Of a DNA stretch of 64,000 bases, positions 58,036 through 64,000 are shown one piece after another; the first letter of the stretch is position 1, and the number at the start of each line of letters is the position of its first letter. A program made the position numbers and the translations under genes. The DNA is from the human T2T-CHM13v2.0 reference genome, Homo sapiens: assembly GCF_009914755.1 (NCBI RefSeq), contig NC_060945.1. One strand, 5' to 3'. The notes below the pieces were generated by a model. That model had not been told where the DNA came from. It saw only the letters and a list, made by a program, of their open reading frames with translations, and searched no databases.

Positions 58036-59147
58036 AATAACCATAATATTTATTATTTGAAAAATTCTTATAGATAAATTTGAGTATTCAAATCTGATTA
58101 TGTAAATAAATTAAAGGAAAAATACAATTCCAGATGGTGTTTAAACTCAACCTTTTGATTAAAAAGGAACAAAAAGCAAGTACCAATTATTTTTGCTACA
58201 TCTAAGACAAAAAGTCTTCTTAAACATTAAGAAATTTTTGTTTAATCATTTCTTTTAAAACTGGAAGAGGAAGATGATAATCATCTATTGGCTTTAATAA
58301 ATGTTTTAAGTGTGATGTTTTGCAAGCTTGTGATGACAGGCAGAGTGAGGTGGTCTAATTTGAAGGTGATTACTTCCAACTGACTCAGCTTGAGGTCTTG
58401 TTTATCTTATCAACAAAAGATTTTTTCTGGTTGTTTGATTTAACATCTTTATAATGACAAATATCTGATGCATAGATTGGCCACCTACCTATATACCTAT
58501 TTTATATGCATTTGTTTGCTGAGGTTTAATATGCAAGTATTAGGATAAAATAAGAAAATAAAAATATGTCAAAGAAAGTAAGGAAGATATATCAACTTAT
58601 GCCTAATTAGTTACATTGATTGATGATTAAATTTAGTTCTTGGCATTCTGGCAAGATAACAAAGGAAACATGATCCATTATCTAATTGTCATCATCTGAT
58701 GAAAAGCAGTCTACTAATTCTTCAAGTAAGATAATTTTTTTTCCTGGTACAAAGTCATCTAGCCAATGTATTAATATAATGGACAATGTATTATTAAGTA
58801 GAATGTTGGAGTCATATAATGATGGTTTATGGACGGAATATATCAACACAAAATTGATGTCACATCAAAGTGGGTTTGTTGCTAATTACTTGCCATTATG
58901 AGATAAAAGTACAGGCCTTTGATTTAAGAAAACTCATTTTGCAAATGGATATTTAAATAAAAGTAAATACATTCACTGTTAGAAATAAAACTGAAGATTT
59001 AATGTATTAAGTGACTGTCTTCAAGCAGTCAATCAATAATGTTTATGATACCTACACTTTCATGATTTTTTTTATTTTCTGGGACAATCTGCAATTTGTA
59101 ATCTGCTCAACTTTTCATGATGATATGAAATTCAGTTTAAATTCATG

Positions 59148-60528
59148 AAAAGCAGTATGGTGCTGGTACAAAAGCAGACACATATACCAATGGAACAGGA
59201 TAAAGTGCCAAGAAATAAAGCCACACACCTACAACTACCTGATGATAAACAAAGTCACCAATAATAAGCAATGGTGAAAGGACTCCCTAAATAGGGATGG
59301 GATAACTGGTTAGCCATATGCAGAAGATTGGAACTGGACCCTTTCCTTTCACCATATTACAAACATTAACTACAGATGAATTAAAGACTTAAATGGGAGA
59401 TCTAAAATTACAAAAACCCTAGAAGAAAAGCTATGAAGTACCATTCTGGACATCAGCCTTGGCAAAGAATTTATGACTAATCCCCAAAAGTAATTGCAAC
59501 TAAAACAAAAATTGACAAGTGGGACCTAATTAAACTAAAGAGCTTCTGCACGGTAAAATAAACTATCAACAGAGTAAACAGCCAACCTACAGCATGGGGA
59601 AAAAAATATTCACAAACTATGCATCAGAAAAAGTTCTAATATCTAGAATCTATAAGGAACTTAAGTAATTCAACAAGCAAAAGAGCAAATAACCCCATTA
59701 AAAATGGGCAAAGGACATAAACAGATATTTCTCAAAAGAAGACATACATGCAGCCAACAAATATATGAAAATATGCTCATCCTCACTAATAATTAGAGAA
59801 AGGCAATTAGAGAAAGGCACCACAGTGTGATACAATCTCACACCAGTCAGAATGGCTATTATTAAAAAGACAAAAAACAACAAATGGGTTGTGGAGAAAA
59901 GGAATCACTTATATACTGCTGGTGGGAGTGTAAATCAGCTCAGCCATTGTGGGAAGAAATTTGGAGATTTCTTAAAGAACTGAAAACAGAACTGCCATTC
60001 AGCCCAGCAATCTCACCACTGGGTATATACCCAAAGGAAATTAAATTGTTCTACCAAAAAGACATGCAGTTCTGTGTTCACTGCAGCACTATTCACAATA
60101 GCAAAGACAGAGAATCAACCTAGAGGCCCATCAACATCTGACTGGATAAAGAAAATGTGGTCCATTAAATACTACACTAAAAAGGAAGGAAATCATGTCT
60201 TTTGCAGCAATGTGGATGCAGCTGAAAGCCATTGTCCTAAGCAAACTAACACAGGAACAGACAACCAAATACCACATGTTATCACCTATAAGTAGTAATT
60301 AAACATTGAATACACGTGGACACAAAGATGGGCAGTAGACACTGGGGACTGCTTGAAGGGGGAGACTGGGAGGTGGGGATACATTGAAAAGCTACCAACA
60401 ATTAGCTATGGTCACTACCTGGGTGAAGGGGTCATTCATACACCAAACCTCAGCAACACATGATTTACTCATGTAACAAGCTTTCACGTGTAACCTCTGA
60501 ACCTAAAATAGAAGTTGAAAGAAAAAAA
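59148..60528 (+). mobile_element. L1PA15/16-like LINE-1, 5'-truncated (ORF2 end and 3'UTR)
   Basis: GACAAGTGGGACCTAATTAAACTAAAGAGCTTCTGCAC; ORF 59884 CGEKESLIYCWWECK..QPLW; tail ACACCAAACCTCAGCAACAC..CTGAACCTAAAATAGAAGTTGAAAGAAAAAAA. Confidence 0.9.
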
Positions 60529-60798
60529 GTCATTCATGAATGAATACCTCCATTTACCAGCTACTTTGCTAGGGTCTGAGAATTTAAGAGTCTGGGCACT
60601 ATTCATCTTTCTCAGTTACAGAGCTAGCGTTGGGTTGCCCTCTGTTCTAAGACTCCCACTGCAGTGAATCTGTTGCTTCCAAAACCAAAGTTTCAGTACT
60701 AAACTCACTGTGGCAGCACCCTGAGTGGACATTTTAATGTGTCTTTTGTTTTGCAAAAATGTGTGGACACCTTCTAAGAGACGATGCTGCAATGTATG

Positions 60799-61158
60799 TG
60801 TCTCAGTCCATCCAGAATGCTTTAACAAAATACCATAAACAGGGTGGATTACGAACAACAGAAATTTATTTCTCAGTTCTGGAGACTTGGAAATCCAAGA
60901 TCAAGGTGCCAGCAGATTCAGTGTCTGGTGAGGTTCTGCTTACTGATTGACAGCACCTTGACAGCTTGCCCTCATACAGTGAGAAAGCGCAGGGGATCTC
61001 CCTGAGGTCTTTTTATAAGGTCAGTAATCCCATTCAAGAAAGCTCTGCTTCCATGACCTAAACACCTCCCAAAGATCCTTCCTCCTAATACCCTTACCTT
61101 GAAGTTAGAATTTAAATGTGCACATTTTGTAAAGGATATAAGTATTCAGTCTGTAGCA
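60799..61158 (-). mobile_element. MLT1A-like solo LTR
   Basis: TGTCTCAGTCCATCCAG..TATTCAGTCTGTAGCA. Perfect 5-bp TSD GTATG at 60794-60798 and 61159-61163. Confidence 0.92.
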
Positions 61159-62357
61159 GTATGTTTCCAGTTCTATTAATTTTATTTACAAGTAGGAAAT
61201 ATACTCATGAATATGCCAATTGACATTTCAAATGTGCCATTTACTACAGACTTCGCATAGCTCTCCTCTTTCCTGAATGATTAAATATATATAAAATCTA
61301 TCAGAATGAACATTCTAAACTCAAAGCACACTTTCATAAGTATTTTCCTAGTATTCAGGTGCACAGCCAGATATATCTGTCAATTTTCTCTCTCAAGAAT
61401 TACTTGGTCTAAACTGGTTGTCTCAGTGTATCAGTATCAGTCATTCTTAATCCTCCAAAGATAACATTCAGAGGAATGAAATAAAAACAGAGTCTCTAAT
61501 CCCTCTTTCTTTTGTATCACTCTTTATGCAAGTAAGAAGATCAGCTTTGATAGTGGATTACTGGAGGCCACATGTTCTCATTGGAACATCACAGATTGGA
61601 TTTAGCACAAAAATACATTTTTTCTGATGTGTAAACAACACCAGCTGAATCCATATTTCTCATGAATGTCCTGCCACACGGCTGTGTTTTTTTCTCATCA
61701 TGCAGCCAGTTTTATTATAACTCCCTTTTGGCACAGCTTCCAAAGACTTGCATCTGTCACTTGCAGCAGAGCATCATGAAGGTTCACCACTATCTTGGAC
61801 CACTGGAATTTAGTTGTATTGTTGCATTTCCTGACTTAGATGCCGATAAAATATCTTTAAGTCCCTTTAAGCTAGTTGGCTGCAACTTACTTAGAGGCAC
61901 TGCTATCAGCTCTCTTTTTGAGAGCTTACTCTGAGCCTTAAATTGGCAGCTTGAACACATGAGTTTGTTGGAGGTAATGACTTTGTTCTCTGGGGTTGGA
62001 TTTTGACAGCTTTCCACCATTATAGCTGGGTGTAAACAAAATTGAATGGGTTAGGATTACCCATTTCTCAAATTTAAAGTATTTTTGGTGATCCAAGGAA
62101 GAGTTGCCTCTCAAAGATTATCTGACTGAAGTCAAGAAAATTTCACCTAGTATTATCATTTTAATATGATAATGTGAACTCAAATTCAAACTTAGCCCGA
62201 TGTTTGCTGTACAAGGCCATCTAACTGGATGGATATCTTTGAGAGAGAGGCTTCCCATCATTCAGTTGAATTTAATTAAAAGATTAAGTAAATATGCATT
62301 ATCCTTATCCACCTACTTACTCATTAATACAAAAACATATGAAGCATGTGGATAGAC

Positions 62358-62407
62358 AGTGAGTCAATCATGAGCCCTAAAAGTTGAGGGCTCATGATTG
62401 ACTCACT
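62358..62407. repeat. Perfect inverted repeat: 21-bp arms, 8-nt spacer
   Basis: AGTGAGTCAATCATGAGCCCT-AAAAGTTG-AGGGCTCATGATTGACTCACT; the arms are exact reverse complements. Confidence 0.97.
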
Positions 62408-63617
62408 TTTTGTCTGTCTTCGGTCAGAATGGCCTTAAAATTACAAGCAACTATGGAGGTTTCAGTGTTTCATTTCAAAGCCAGACACCGTGCTAGTTAT
62501 CTCATATGTGTTTAAAGAGAAATCAAATGCACTCACTCTTCTTCAGAATTTCCTCCAGCAGCAGAGGAGACATGACTGTGAAAAATAACAGCAATGTAAT
62601 AATTTCTATAATAGAAATATGAAAAAAGGCCATTAGCATGCACAACAAGGAGTATTTCTGCCTTGACAGGACATAGAATATTCTTGGGGGGATGATATGA
62701 GCTGAGTCATTCATTCATTCATTTCAATTTATGTATTATAAACGACATTTTTGTACCATGCATTTCTATTTTCTCTCATGTCCTTCCTTGAAGGATGAGG
62801 TTCACTTCTCTCCCCAAGGGAAGTAAGACTATTTCCTGCAGCTCTTTGTATAATAGTCCCTTTAATCCCTTATCTGACCAAATGCTTTCTCCAGCTAAGC
62901 TGTGACGTCCAAATAATTGGTCTAATATCCAGGAAAGGAGATGAGTGCAGGATAAGACATGTGTTCCTACAGGGGGAGACCTCTACACTGTCTTTAAGGA
63001 AGGAAGTATGTCAGCTTTTACCAGGGAGGAGTGGGCTTCCTCTGCATGAACAGATGGTCTAGGGGAGTCTGTGAATCAAGGTTGTTCTAGCGTATCAACC
63101 CAGATGTCTTCATCACATGACTAAGTTTGCATTTCTTAATCAACGCCTTGACATCACATAGGATAACTGCCTTGGTCCATCATTTAGCCTTCTTTGAAGC
63201 TCTGGTGCTTTAATCATTAAGTTCTTGGCTTGGTCCTCAGCTTTACTTGCTCTCTGGCTGTAGTTAGGCCTTGCTATGCTATCAAGGAAGCCCTCTGGCT
63301 TTTAAACTTAATTTCAAATTACTGCCTAATCACTTTGGTTATCTTTCTTCAAAGCATCGATTGCACTTAACAACAACCACTTGCTTTCTCTATACTTTAT
63401 GTCAGTTGTTACCTCAGATTACTCATCATCATGATAATCTGTACTTACTATTGCATTCCTTTCAATAATATACTGAAGCACTTAACAACATTGCTATCTT
63501 GTACAAGGTTCATTTTTGTTCATCTGACAAAAGTTATGGAGGCCTAAATGTGAGCTAGCAGGTAATTAAGCTTCTGAATTCTCTCTCTTCTTTCTCTGAC
63601 CAGGCGGTGCCAACTAT

Positions 63618-64000
63618 TGCAGACTGGGTTCCCTGGGAAGCAAAATTTGAAAAGATTACTACACAAGAATTCTACCACAGAAGTCCTTGAAAACTTAAAA
63701 AAGTAATGAAATGAGGCAGGATTGGACAGAAGGAGAAGCTAAACAGTGATGCAGTCCAAACAAAGGCCAAACCTACAAGGAGCTCTGAAGCTGTGACGGG
63801 CCTTCAGCATTGCCTGCATTGTAATGAGAGAACTGGGATTTTATATTCCTGCATCTATCATAATTGAATGTAGGTTGTCACTTGGGTAAAGCAGCTGTCT
63901 CCAACATGGGGCATTTTCCAGAAAAGACTGTCATCTGAGGGCAGTAAGCCAGTGACATTCTGAAAAGCTGAGAGCCTACATATTTCAGTCCTAAAAAGGA
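63618..64000 (-). mobile_element. LTR16-like ERVL LTR, running off the window
   Basis: GACTGGGTTCCCTGGGAAGCA..GCAGGATTGGACAGAAGGAGAAGCT..GTGATGCAGTCC..ACAAAGGCC..GGAGCTCTGAAGCT. Confidence 0.7.

Overview
Primate (most likely human) genomic DNA: AT-rich, CpG-depleted and non-coding (gene desert or deep intron). I find no intact protein-coding gene, tRNA, rRNA or CRISPR array. Most listed ORFs are Alu, L1 or LTR read-throughs or chance ORFs. Roughly half the window is transposon-derived: about 13 Alus, L1s from L1PA2/3 age to L1ME age, L2, MIR, many MaLR/ERVL/ERV1 solo LTRs, the 3' half of an ERV-L provirus, MER1B and MER47A. The most notable items are: (1) a heavily decayed, intronless, internally shortened retrocopy of CTAGE5/MIA2 on the minus strand (~14520-15885), directly downstream of a same-orientation ERV1-like LTR; (2) a perfect 21-bp-arm inverted repeat at 62358-62407 with an AP-1 site in each arm and a pre-miRNA-like fold; (3) a very young AluYi6-lineage insertion with a ~42-nt pure tail and a 17-bp TSD; (4) nested or chimeric MaLR LTRs; (5) two weak candidate non-coding exons. 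I see no evidence of a wholly new biological system. Repeat subfamily names and protein alignments come from recalled consensus sequences and need RepeatMasker/Dfam or BLAST confirmation.
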